A stretch of 64,000 nucleotides of DNA from Octopus vulgaris (Eukaryota). Below, one piece after another: positions 52,560 through 64,000 of this stretch. The stretch's first letter is position 1, and every line of letters starts with the position of its first letter. A program made the translations under genes and the position numbers. Under the pieces are notes generated by a model. That model saw only the letters and a list, made by a program, of their open reading frames with translations, was not told the origin of the DNA and searched no databases. The stretch is taken from assembly GCA_951406725.2 (NCBI GenBank), contig OX597817.1:150226001-150290000 (forward strand). Direction: 5' to 3'.

Positions 52560-53420
52560 GTGTGTGTCATTATCACCATCACCATCATCATCATCATCAT
52601 CATCATCATTTAATATCCATGTTCCATGCCAGTATGGGTTGGATGACTTGACATGGGCCTAGTGAATTAAGGATTACATTAAACTCCACTGTTTTCTATG
52701 CCCTTCCTAACATCAACCCCTTTACAGTGTGTGCTGGGTGTTTTTTTTTTTCAGGCCACCTGTACTATTGAGGTTTCCATTTAGCTTGCAAGTGAGCAAA
52801 CCCAAGGGAGGGAGGATGCTGCATCCATATGTTAGATGGGGGTTAAGGTATCAGGGAAGAGATTGGGATAGGGCAGGTTCTTATTGTAGAGAAGCTACAT
52901 GGCTACTCATGTTTAGGAGAGAGAGAGAGAATCAGAATGAATTAGAGGTGTCTCCAAGGAGATAGACAGTGATGAGGAGGTGTCCAAGGTAGAAGGAGCA
53001 GTAGTGGATGGCAGCAGTGGGGGTTAAGCTTCTTTCAGTTTCTGTCTACTAAATCCACCCACAAGGCTGGGACTATAGTAGAAGACACTTGCGTAAGGTG
53101 CCATGCAGTGGGACTGAACTCATAGCCAAGTGTTTGGTAAGTGAAATTTTTAACGATACCATCATGCCATTTGTAGAAAATACCAAAAATCTTTCCTCTC
53201 AGAACTGGATGTTAAAGGTTCCAAATATCTGAAAGCCTGCTGGCATCTTTTGAAGCATGTTGTATTTTTAACAGACAAAGTGTCTTTGGAGAAGTCGTTC
53301 ACCCAGACTAAAGCACACAGCAGGCACCATTCCAAGTCTGCGTGTACATATATGCATTATAAATCAGGTACACATCACTATTTTCATTTCAATTGTTTCT
53401 TACACATACACTGATATACT

Positions 53421-53453
<33 letters not shown>

Positions 53454-53484
53454 GTATGTATATGTTTATATATCATTTAATATA

Positions 53485-53636
53485 AGCGGTATTTAAATAT
53501 GGGTTACTAATAGTTTCATACCGTGGAAAGACAACAATTTAGCAGGTTGCTTTGTGTCTCTGAGCAATCCTTCAGGCTGAAAACACATGGTTGGTCTTAT
53601 TTGAAACTATTAGTAGCTCGTATTTAAATACTGTGT
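53485..53636. mobile_element. MITE of about 150 bp with 33-bp TIRs
   Basis: gcggtatttaaatatgggttactaatagtttca and tgaaactattagtagctcgtatttaaatactgt differ only by transitions. Confidence 0.75.
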
Positions 53637-53824
53637 ATCATCATCATCATCATCATCATTTATCATCCGTTTTTTTTATGCTGGCATGGGTGGGACAGTT
53701 TGACAGGAACTGACCAGCTGAAGAGTAGCCCAGGCTCCATCTCTGTTTCGGCATGGTTTCCACAGCTGGATACCCTTCCTAACACCAAGCTCTTTAAAGA
53801 GTGTATCAGGTGCTTTTAGACAGC

Positions 53825-53990
53825 AGTGGCATGATGGTGGTGGTGGCGGCGGCGGCAGTGGCGGCAGTGGTGATGATGGTGGTGGTGGTGATGGTGGTGG
53901 TGTTGGTGTTGGTGGTGGTGGTGGTGGTGGTGGTGGTGGTGGTGGTGGTGGTGATGACAATGACGATGACGACGACGACGACGATGATGA
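53825..53990. repeat. (GGT)n/(GAC)n trinucleotide repeat
   Basis: Directly visible. Confidence 0.9.
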
Positions 53991-54139
53991 TAGTTTGAAT
54001 ATGGAAAATTACTTTCCATTAATGCTTTATAGGGTCTGCAATAAAATATACATAAATGTAAGAAATACCTGATTTCCAATCCAAACTGAACAGGAAGTTA
54101 CAGAGAGAGAGAGACAGAGAGAGAGAGAGATAGAGAGAT

Positions 54140-54178
<39 letters not shown>

Positions 54179-54817
54179 ATGAATTTAAATAAATTTTTTT
54201 TTATTCTTTAAATATACTTGATAGTAATTTGAACAATTATAACACAGTTAGCAACCATCTATATCAATATAACTGGAAACACGATGAAAACAATGAAAGC
54301 TCGAGTAATAAGATAATAGAAGACAAGGACAATGATTCCAATAATAAACTGTGGGGATTGATGTAAGGCAGAATAAATGCAACATTAATAATAACTTTAG
54401 GAAAACAAAAAGATCAATAAATCAATGACATGGACCGATGTGTAGGACGAGGGTGGGTGGTGGAGAGGATGACAATAACGATGAAACATTTATAGTAGTG
54501 TGGAGAAGCTACTGTTCTTTTCGGATAACACTAGATTGGTATCATGGTGAATGGTTGGCTAAAACGTTTTAGGTTTAGAAGCACTAGAACTGGTGAGTCA
54601 GTAAGCAGAAATGTTTTTTTAATTTGTTGTCTGGTTCTCAGACTAAGTGAGACACTGCCATAATAACCATTGAGGAAATGTTTATGAGAAGAATCTTTTT
54701 TTTTTTTTTTTTTGTTGGTTAGCCTCATGTCAGCCTTGAATAAACAAACCCATGAACAAAAGCAATCCAGCTTATGACCATCCCATAGTTTATTCACACA
54801 TATTTTATCTATGACTA

Positions 54818-54997
54818 CTGCATTCGATGGCATAAAAGATGCATGGTCATACTTGATGCACCCCAGTTTCTGTGGTGCATATTCAGGAAAAAAGTTTTTA
54901 AAGCTTATGGGAGGCCCAATTTGGCATTTAAAATCAAGGGTGATTTTTTAGACATTTTGTGGGGGAAAAAGAACATTTTATATGCCATCAAATGTAG
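54818..54997. mobile_element. pogo/Tc1-type MITE (180 bp)
   Basis: TA flanks; TIRs ctgcattcgatggcataaaa and ttatatgccatcaaatgtag. Confidence 0.75.
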
Positions 54998-56214
54998 TAT
55001 TTATCCATTGTATCCTTTCTTTTCAAGATGAAATAGTTTGATTTGAGGAGGCTTTGGCTGCTGTTCTGTGCAGGTTGAGACACCAGGAAGAGGCTCTCTC
55101 ATTAATTACTGAAAGTTGTTTGTTTTTTTGTTGTTATTATTGTTATGCCCTGGGTCATCCTCGATGAAGCAGACCTGTAAGTAAGGGCATTCAAGCCATG
55201 ACTATCTCTCTTTCCTTTTCAATCTCATTCAAACATAATATAGCCATCTTACATTTTCCAACATATCTTTCTCTTTTACAAAATGGTAGGGCATGCTTTG
55301 AAGGAGATGTGGTTGTTATTTCTAACATGATGCACAACAAAGTAGAGGTTCCCATGCTGGTTTTTATTAATGATATTCCTATCTTTTATTCAGACCTGAT
55401 GTATCTAGAATGACTAGATACACATGTGTTTGTTTGTTCTACAACCACTGTTCACTGCGTAAAGACTGATGAAGTAATTCATAGAATTAATTGAAAGAGA
55501 TTTAATAATTAAATGGATTATTTATTGATATTTTCATACAATAGAACTATTCATTTAATGGTAGCTAATTTAGACTGACAAGTATTAAACACATATTTCT
55601 TCTAGAAGAAATCTTCCTTTCAACTAAGGTATGAGCTTGGTTGTGTGGCTAAGAGGTTTGCCCAGCAATCACTTAGTTTCAAGTTCAATTTCATCATGAG
55701 GCACTTTGATTTTTAATTTTCAAATATAGGCATATATATCTATATTTTATAATTTAGAACAATCAGTAAAAGGTTGTCATTTTAGTACTCAGTGTTTCGA
55801 ATGTCAGAGAGCTACAATTCATTCTTGTCGGCTATTAATGGCAACAGATACTATGAAAATCCATTGAATAAAAGGGAAGTTACTCTAATAGGTAGAAAAA
55901 TAAAAAGGAAAAAAGATAAAAAATACATGCAACCATATTTTTGCAATACATTGACATAAACCTCCTGTGTTCACAACGTCTTGCTCTTCCTAATGCCAAC
56001 CACTTTACAGAATGTACTGGGTGTTTTTTATGTGGCACTAACACAAGTGAGGTCACCAAGTTACACACATGAGAAGACCTCCTTAACTGAGGAGAGAACA
56101 CACACACACACACAGAGAAACACACACACACAAACACACACACACATACACACACACATCTATACATATATTTACATACACACACACACTTGTACACACT
56201 TAGATATATATATA

Positions 56215-56415
56215 CAGAGTGGTCCAACAGTTTTCAAGTAGGCACTTTAAATTTCTTTTAAAACATTTTATTACATTTAAATTTCTATCTTACAGTTAAC
56301 TAAATTAGCATAGAATAATGGTTTCATATTTTTTTATAATTAATATCTAAACTGCTAATATAAGAATGCGAAAGAGATAGTTGAATAACTGTAAACCTAC
56401 TTTTGGGCCACCCTC
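56215..56415. mobile_element. Degenerate Tc1/mariner MITE
   Basis: TA-cagagtggtccaa ... ttgggccaccctc-TA. Confidence 0.5.
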
Positions 56416-57068
56416 TATATTTATATGTGATTGTGTTGTGGTGACACATTTGATGATTATTTCATCCAAAAGGAGGTCTCAAGCAATTAACTGATTCATT
56501 AACATTTGTAAGTTTGAAATAATGAAATAGAATTGTGGTTAGTGTATTTCAAAATGTTGGATATCTTTTAGTAAGTCATATCCGAACGTAATCAATGTCA
56601 GTGCCCCCTGACTGAGTCCCATGCCGGTGGCACGTAAAAAGCACTATCCAAACGTGATCGATGCCAGGTCCACCTGACTGACACCTGTGCCAATGGCATG
56701 TAAAAAGCACCCACTACACTCTCAGAGTGGTTGGCGTTAGGAAATGCATCCAGCTGTAGAAACATTGCCAGATCAGATTGGAGCCTGCCGCAGCCTACTG
56801 GCTCTCCAGACCTCAGTCAAACTGTCCAGCCCATGCCAGCATGGAAAACAGACGTTAAACGATGATGATGATGATGATATATATATATAATCACTAAATC
56901 ATCCATAAGTTTTTTATTATCCTCTCAAATTACACCAAAATCTCAGACAATAACAATTCATATCGTATTTATTGTCTGTGAAAATTATAGAATATAAAAC
57001 AACTTTGATAAAAACTTATACCTACTTTTCTGACGAAAACAATGCCGTTCTGAACATTTTGGCCGCAA

Positions 57069-57111
<43 letters not shown>

Positions 57112-58361
57112 CACAGACACAGACACACACACATATACGTATGTATTTATGTATATCTTTTACCACTGTGTACCAGTGAAGAATATAAACACTGACAAGT
57201 AAACTGAAAAATTAGTTGCTTTTAGAGTGAAATTCCTTGTGATATTTGTTCTACAACAAGCTATACATAGATATTCCCTTGTCAAACCAGTGATTGGCCT
57301 CTCAGAAATCTGGAACCAACATAATTGTTTATTGCTTGCCAGTTGTGATACATAAAAGTGTTATAAAAATCAGTCAATTGTTTTGAAGATGTAAATGCTT
57401 TTTTTTTTGTTTTGTTTTTTATATCCCGGAGACGACGGAGGGAGTGTTTACAATAATCAATATGAGAACTGATAATGAATTAGTAGAGCAATAAACAAAA
57501 TGCTGTGCAGTATTTAGTTGTATTTCTTCGTTATGAACTTAATTACTGCAAAGTTCAACTTGGCTTTTCATGCTTCTGAGGGTTGATAAAATGAAGCACA
57601 GAGTCAAATAATGGGGCTGAATTAATCAACCATACCTTCTGCCCAAATTTGTGGAATTATGCAGTGTTAGAAATGGCAATAGACTTGATAATAATCATAA
57701 TCTATTTTCGGATTAGAAATTGTCTGCTCTTTTGTAATATTTTTAACGAGGAATGTAATGATCTTTCAATTGACGGATGTATTTGTAAATGATTGGCTGT
57801 TGATTTTATGGAAAATGTTGATTTTGTTGAAACTATTGTGATATTTTAAATAGTAATCAGGTTTTTTAAGTTGTGAGGTCTGTGAATTCAGATTTTGTAC
57901 ATTCGATTATTGATAGCTTTAATAATAGCTTCAAATTTTGACACAAGGCCAGTAATTTTAGTGAAAGTGGGTAAGTTTGTTACATCAACCCAAGTGCTTT
58001 ATTTTATCGACTCTGAAAAAGATGAAAGGCAAAAGTTGACCTTGGTGAGATTTGAACTCAGAATGTAAAGAGCCAAAAAAAAAAAAAAGGTAAAAAGCGC
58101 TGCTAAGCATTTTGTCTGATGTATTAATGATTCTGCCAACTCACTGCGTTAATAACTTTAATCATGATGATTTCAAACTTTGGCACAAGGCCAGCAATTT
58201 GAGGGTAAGAGTTAGTTGATTACAAGAACCCCAGTTCTCAACTGGTACTTATTTTATTGACCCCGAAAGGATGAAAGGTAAAGTTCACTCAGAACATAAT
58301 CAGTCAGAGGGTAATATATATATATATATACGTTTATCAAAAATATATATATAAATAATAA

Positions 58362-58703
58362 AGTAGTTTGCTTACCAACCACATGGTTCCAGGTTCAGTC
58401 CCACTGTGTGGCACCTTGGGCAAGTGTCTTCTACTATATAGAAGATTATATGTAGACGGAAACTGAAAGAAGCCCATCGTATATATGTATGTGTGTCTGT
58501 GTTTGTCCCCGCCAACATCGTTTGACAACTGATGGTGGTGTGTTTATGTCACCATAACTTAGCAGTTCGGCAAAAGAGTCCAATAGAATAAGTACTAGGC
58601 TTACAAAGAATAAGTCCTGGGGTTGATTTGCATGACTAAAGGCAGTGCTCCAGCATGGCCACAGTCAAATGACTGAAACCAGTGAAAGAGTAAAAAGAGA
58701 GTA
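58362..58703 (+). mobile_element. SINE family A, 5'-truncated
   Basis: Homology to 2577-2960. Confidence 0.8.
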
Positions 58704-59154
58704 AATAAAATTACCATCCTGAAATACATATATTGTTAGCACATTGGGTGAAACCCTTAGCAGCATTTTGTCCAAAGGATGAAATGCAAAGTCGACTTTG
58801 CATAAACATAAACACAGACGAAATACCACTATGTATTTTTCCCGACATGCTAACGTTTCTGCCAGCTTACCACCTTACCCAGAACATAAATATGGACAAA
58901 ATGCTACAAAGGATTTTGCCTAATGTGCTAACTAACAACATCTGACAAATCAAATTGTAAAGCTTTGTATTGAATATAGAAATAGGATTTATTAAAGACA
59001 TGATGATGGCCAGTTTCATTACGTAGTTTTGAAACTAGCAAGGATATAAGAAACAATATCATATTTTAGATACTTTTTATGACTGAGCTAGAGATGAAGC
59101 TATGTTTGAAATATTTGTGGTCCCTTTAAGACTGGTGAGATATATACGGTTTAT

Positions 59155-59305
59155 CTACATTATTTACCTTATTTACATTTGACGGATATTTATCCTTATC
59201 TTGTTTGTTGTTAACACAACGTTTCGGCTGATATACCCTCCAGCCTTCGTCAGGTGTCTTGGGGAAATGTTGAACCTGGGTTCTCATTCCTAAGGTATTT
59301 TTCGA

Positions 59306-59344
<39 letters not shown>

Positions 59345-59576
59345 CATTATTATTATTATTCAGGTCATTGCCTGGAATCGAACTCGAAATCTTGGGGTTA
59401 GTAGCCTGCACTCTTAACCACTACACCATATGCCCATTTGTCACAGGACTACATGTTTTTGCCAGCTGAGTGAACTGGAACAAAATGAAATGTTTTGCTC
59501 AAGAAGAAACATCACCTGTCCAAATGTAAATAATGTAAATAATGTACATAATTCTTCATCTCTTAAATATAGAACT
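59155..59576 (-). mobile_element. Non-coding PLE pseudo-LTR insertion: tRNA-like head (59361-59435), (AAT)n, hammerhead, tail, plus an inverted tail (59519-59576)
   Basis: Homologous to 11478-11705 and 12126-12364; 16-bp TSD gatatataYggtttat at 59139-59154 and 59577-59592. Confidence 0.85.
59213..59258 (-). ncRNA. Minimal type I hammerhead ribozyme motif
   Basis: gacac-CTGACGA-a-ggctg(gagggtatat)cagcc-GAAA-CGTT-gtgtt: intact core, palindromic ACGT stem III, stem I gacac/gtgtt. Confidence 0.75.
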
Positions 59577-59599
59577 GATATATATGGTTTATGTTCAGC

Positions 59600-59875
59600 A
59601 TGAATATCTACAAGTTAATGTTTGGAGGGAAAATGTAGATGAGAAGAGAATTCCAATTCCAAAGGATCGGCATTTTGGGGTGAAATGTTTAAAGCAAGGG
59701 GTCAATGCATTGGATTGAAAACAGTAGTTAGTGGAGTCAGAAGCAGTCAGAGTGTTGTGAGTAGGATGGGCGGGTATAAAGATACGGCTGGATGAAGACT
59801 GTATGGCAGATAATTAGTCCAGAGAAGTGGAAACTGTTGTAACAGCAAAATAACAGGCAGGGAGGATAAGCTTCT
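59600..59875 (-). pseudogene. Degraded LINE (L2/Jockey-like) ORF 3' end
   Basis: ..WNSLLIYIFPPNINL*IF resembles LWNSLP..VFP...NL..FK. Confidence 0.5.
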
Positions 59876-60060
59876 TCCTGACTCAAAAAGACTCATAAGC
59901 TTGGTTTTCTGGTTTCTGTGACATATATATTCCCCACTGGACGGGACAGTGGTCCGTCATAGGATTACAGTTTTTGCCAGCTGAGTAGACTGGAACAAAA
60001 TGAAGTGTTCTGCTCAAAAACACAACATATCACCTGTTCAAGGAATTGAAACTGTAATCT

Positions 60061-60483
60061 CTGTATTGGCAGCAAGCTGGCAGAAATTTAGAACGCCGGG
60101 TGAAATGCTTAGCGGTATATCATCTGCTGCTACGTTCTGAGTTCAAATTCCGCCAAGGTCGATTTAGCTTTTCATCCTTTCGGGGTTGATTAAATAAGTA
60201 CCAGTTACGCACTGGGGTTGATGTAATCGACTTAAATCCCTTTGTCTGTTCTTGTTTGTCCTCTCTGTGTTTAGCCCCTTGTGGGTAGTAAAGAAATAGG
60301 TATTTCGTCTGTCGCTACGTTTTGAGTTCAGATTCCGCCAAGGTCGACTTAGCCTTTCATCCTTTCAGGGTCAATTAAATAAGTACCAGTTAAGCACTGG
60401 GGTCGATGTAATCGACTTAAATCCCTTTGTCTGTCCTTGTTTGTCCCCTCTATGTTTAGCCTCTTGTGGGCAATAAAGAAATA
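60061..60483 (+). mobile_element. SINE family B dimer inserted into the head of a minus-strand SINE
   Basis: 14-bp TSD tgaaactgtaatct at 60047-60060 and 60484-60497. Confidence 0.9.
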
Positions 60484-62039
60484 TGAAACTGTAATCTTAT
60501 GATCATGAGTCCAGCACCTTTACAAATCAGCCACATGTCTCCACTAACAGGCAGGAGAGGAGATATTAGATCTGTGAGCCAAAGATTGCGGTGAGGGATG
60601 AAGTTAATCTTTGCCAATTTATCAAATGGTTTGAAACAAAATACAAAACAATTATAATCTAACTTTTCATATCACATATTTTATTATAAAGAACCTGGAA
60701 AGTAGCAGACAAATCAAGGAACAGTTCCAATTGATATGTAATGTTCAAACTGAGCATACGAGTCCATGTTTGTGTATATTTTGTATTCCCTTTGCCTAAG
60801 AAACCCTACATTTAGGATAAACAAGTGCTGAGAGTGTTGTTCTGAATGCCAGAGTCAATATCTCATCAACTCTGTAGGTGTTTTGGCCCTTTCCACTGTG
60901 GCACCAGAGCTTCCCAGGTTCCCCACCAATGTAGGCAACAAAATTCTCATACAACAACACAAACTTTGTTGAGTCAAATGTTGCAACTCTGACCAGATAT
61001 TTCTATCATCCTCAAAGTTGATCTGTAACATTCATCCTCAAAATGTGGCTTCAAAATTTAAACATGTACAGCCACTAATTAATTTTAATAGTAAAAAAAA
61101 ACTTCTTTTACACCTTACAAGATATGTTACAGATGTTTTCTAATATTTGAAGGAAAATATTCAAAGAAAAATGTTTTTTTTTCCTTCAGCAGTCAATGCA
61201 ATTTAGGCTAAATTCTTACATAAATAGGCTACATTCTCACCTTTCAGTACCTCCATTCAGAACTACTCACCAGGCAATAACAGTACTTTTCAATAATTTT
61301 AAATTTAAATGAAAATATCTACCAGTCTTCTAGCTTTTTCCCTTAAGAATGTATCTTCATATTACTATCACACAGTTCTTTATACAAATTTTGTGAATAT
61401 GACACCAATAAATTTAACTGAATATGTTATACTATTGAAAATAGTTGCAATTGGTAAGCAATAAGATAGCAATCTCAATAAAAAAAAAAAAATTTAACTG
61501 TTTTGAGTAGACACCAAAGCTAAGTTTTTATGTTAAAAACTATCACTTTCATCCTGGAAGATTCATAGAAATTTTCAGGATATCTTGGCAATAAAAAAGT
61601 GAATCCTATCAAATGTAAATATGGTAATTGCTCTCTTAGCCAAAGTAACTTGATATAAATACTATCAGGAGATATTTTATGTTAAATCACTACTAATTTT
61701 AAGAAAATATTGACTTACTGTCTCTATCCCAAATGAATGAGAAATTATTCCAAAGAACTATTCTTAAATCTGTAATAGCATGCTGTTTCAATTTACAGCA
61801 TCTTCAACCAGAAATAGAACAGTGGTTTCTAACCCCTGCCCGTCTAGGAAATGTTTCATTAATTTTCGCACTCCCTACAAAAATGATATCACATTTGAAG
61901 ATGAAAAAATTAATTTTCTATGAACCTTATACAATATTTTAAACTAATAAAGTTCTTGATGTGTTTATTTTTAGGAGTCAGTTCATAATTATATTCTGAA
62001 AAGTGATGTTGTTAAAGTATATATTTTCATTTTATATTT

Positions 62040-62590
62040 ATATGTGCTGCATTCAAGAGGAGATTCAGACAGGTTCCCCACAGGCAAGACACATAGGTAT
62101 AAAATCTTCTGGGAAGGGAACAGTGATGGGGTAGGTGGTGTGGGCATACTTTTTGCAGAGAAATGGGTTGATAAGGACATAGAGGTAGTCAAGTTCAGGC
62201 TAGTCTTGCAGAATAGTATAGCTGCAATAATCTCTGCCTACGCCCCACAAGTGGGTCTACCAAACGAACAGAAGGACCATTTGAGTGTTGGGCCTCACAG
62301 AAGCAATAACCGAAACCTTTAGCATTATATCATGCTTGAGAAGAAGAGCCATCAAGCCAAGTAAAATCACAGTTGTGGCAGATACCAGTGTCACGCAAAT
62401 GGCACCCATGCTGGTGGCACGTAAAAGCACTCATTACACTCTTGGAGTGGTTGGCATTAGGAAAGGCATACAGCTGTAGAAACCATGCAAATCAGACTGG
62501 AGTCTGGGGGCAGCCTTCCAGCTTGCCAGCCCTGATCAAACCATCCAACCCATGCCAGCATGGACAACGGACATTAAATGATAATGATGA

Positions 62591-62592
<2 letters not shown>
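62040..62592 (+). mobile_element. Internally deleted RTE LINE: AP-endonuclease fragment joined to the 3' tail
   Basis: YKIFWEGNSDGVGGVGILFAEKWVDK..IISAYAPQVG..EQKD, followed by the common (GAT)n tail. Confidence 0.8.
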
Positions 62593-62645
<53 letters not shown>

Positions 62646-63179
62646 ATAGGCCTGTTTCAGTTTCCTTCTAAATCTACTCACAGTATTTTAGTTTGCCTAG
62701 GACCACGCAAGCAGACACTTGCCCAAGGTGCCATACAATGGGACTGTACCTGAAACCATATTCTTGGGAAGCAAACTTCTTAACCACACAGCCATGCCCA
62801 TGCCTGTAAACATATACTTGTGTGTGTGTGCATGCGCACATGCATGCACATACACACATATACAGAGATAAAAAATTTATGATAAATATAACAACAAAAA
62901 TAAACTGAATGCTAAAGCGCTATTAACATTCAATATAAGATTAAGAAAGTGGAAGTGTCTTTGGCATTTTGAACTTAGGTATTTTTCAGAAAGTTAGATA
63001 AGATAGGAGAAAGAACTGTAGAGGAAGGAAAGAAAAATAATTGTTATGGAAAAATAAGTTTTGTTCTATGTTCAGTCATGTTGAAAATCATGGAGTCTGA
63101 ATGACCAGAAATGATGGAGAAGGAATGAAGTTTCATTTGTACAAGAGCAACAGGGAAGTAATTATGGGTAAATTATGCA

Positions 63180-63410
63180 AGTGTATGTATGTATGTATGT
63201 ATGTATGTATGTATGTATGTATGTATGTATGTATGTATGTATGCATGCATGTATGTATGCATTTATGTATGTATGTATGTATGTATGTATGTATGGATGG
63301 ATGGATGGATGGATGTATGTATGGATGGATGGATGTATAGATGTATGTATGTATGTATGTATGTGGGTAGGTAGGTAGGTAGGTAGGTAGGTAGGTTGGT
63401 AGGTATGTAA
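63180..63410. repeat. (ATGT)n/(ATGG)n/(AGGT)n tetranucleotide array
   Basis: Directly visible. Confidence 0.95.
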
Positions 63411-63751
63411 TTGTTCAGTATATTTCAAGATTTCTTGCCAATAGAGAAAGAACCAGTTTCTAACCTAGATCCAAGGTTCCTTCATTGGAATTTCAACATC
63501 AACAACACAGTATTTATATTTGTATGTATGTATGTATGTATGTATGTATGCATGTATGCATGTATGTATGCATGTATGTACAGATTTGTAAGTTTTATGT
63601 ATGTATTCTTATTCATATCGTTGCATATCTAGACATGCTCATATATATTTAAATGATAAACTTCTGGAAAGTTTTACAGATTTTTACAGTTCCAGTGATG
63701 AATTGGATCTGTAGTCTTCTAATTAGCTTTTTCTCTTTTACATATATACAA

Positions 63752-63908
63752 TGGGCTTCAGTTTCCGTCTACCAAATCCACTCACAAGGCTTTGGTCAGC
63801 CCGAGGCTATAGTAGAAGACACTTGCCCAAGGTGCCACACAGTGGAACTGAACCCGGAACCATGTGGTTGGTAAGCAAGCTACTTACCACACAGCCACTC
63901 CTGCACCT
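63752..63908 (-). mobile_element. SINE family A 5' half
   Basis: Reverse complement of the 2577-2735 head. Confidence 0.85.
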
Positions 63909-64000
63909 AAAACAGGTTGCATTATTCATTTTTGCCATTCCTTTATCTACTTCCAATACAATCCATCACTCTCATCTCTTCCACTACCTTCTCATCCCAA

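Noticed and set aside
53676-54079. Poly-Pro, poly-His and poly-Val ORFs
   Set aside because: (GGT)n repeat adjoining an RTE tail; no splice or homology support

Overview
AT-rich, repeat-saturated eukaryotic DNA. The tRNA-derived SINE families, RTE-type tails ending in (GAT)n and dense (TA)n/(CA)n/(ATGT)n microsatellites suggest an octopus or other coleoid cephalopod; this is an inference from repeat types. Only one convincing host gene is visible: a type I protein arginine methyltransferase (PRMT6/Art8-like, 18471-19829, +), encoded in one exon preceded by a splice acceptor. The rest is mostly transposon-derived: a full-length dead mariner nested in a SINE, a deleted DD41D-like element, a Chapaev3 remnant, a mariner foldback, several MITEs (piggyBac, hAT, pogo types), LINE remnants (RTE, CR1, Tx1, R4/Dong, Jockey/L2-like) and Penelope-like elements (PLEs). 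The most interesting signal is a PLE whose pseudo-LTR contains a tRNA-like Pol III head, an (AAT)n spacer and a minimal hammerhead ribozyme. The same module occurs alone, starting exactly at tRNA +1 and flanked by a TSD, which suggests a PLE-mobilised ribozyme-bearing SINE. Several long near-perfect hairpins are also present. Repeat family names come from motif recognition only, and repeat boundaries are approximate unless TSDs or TIRs are quoted.
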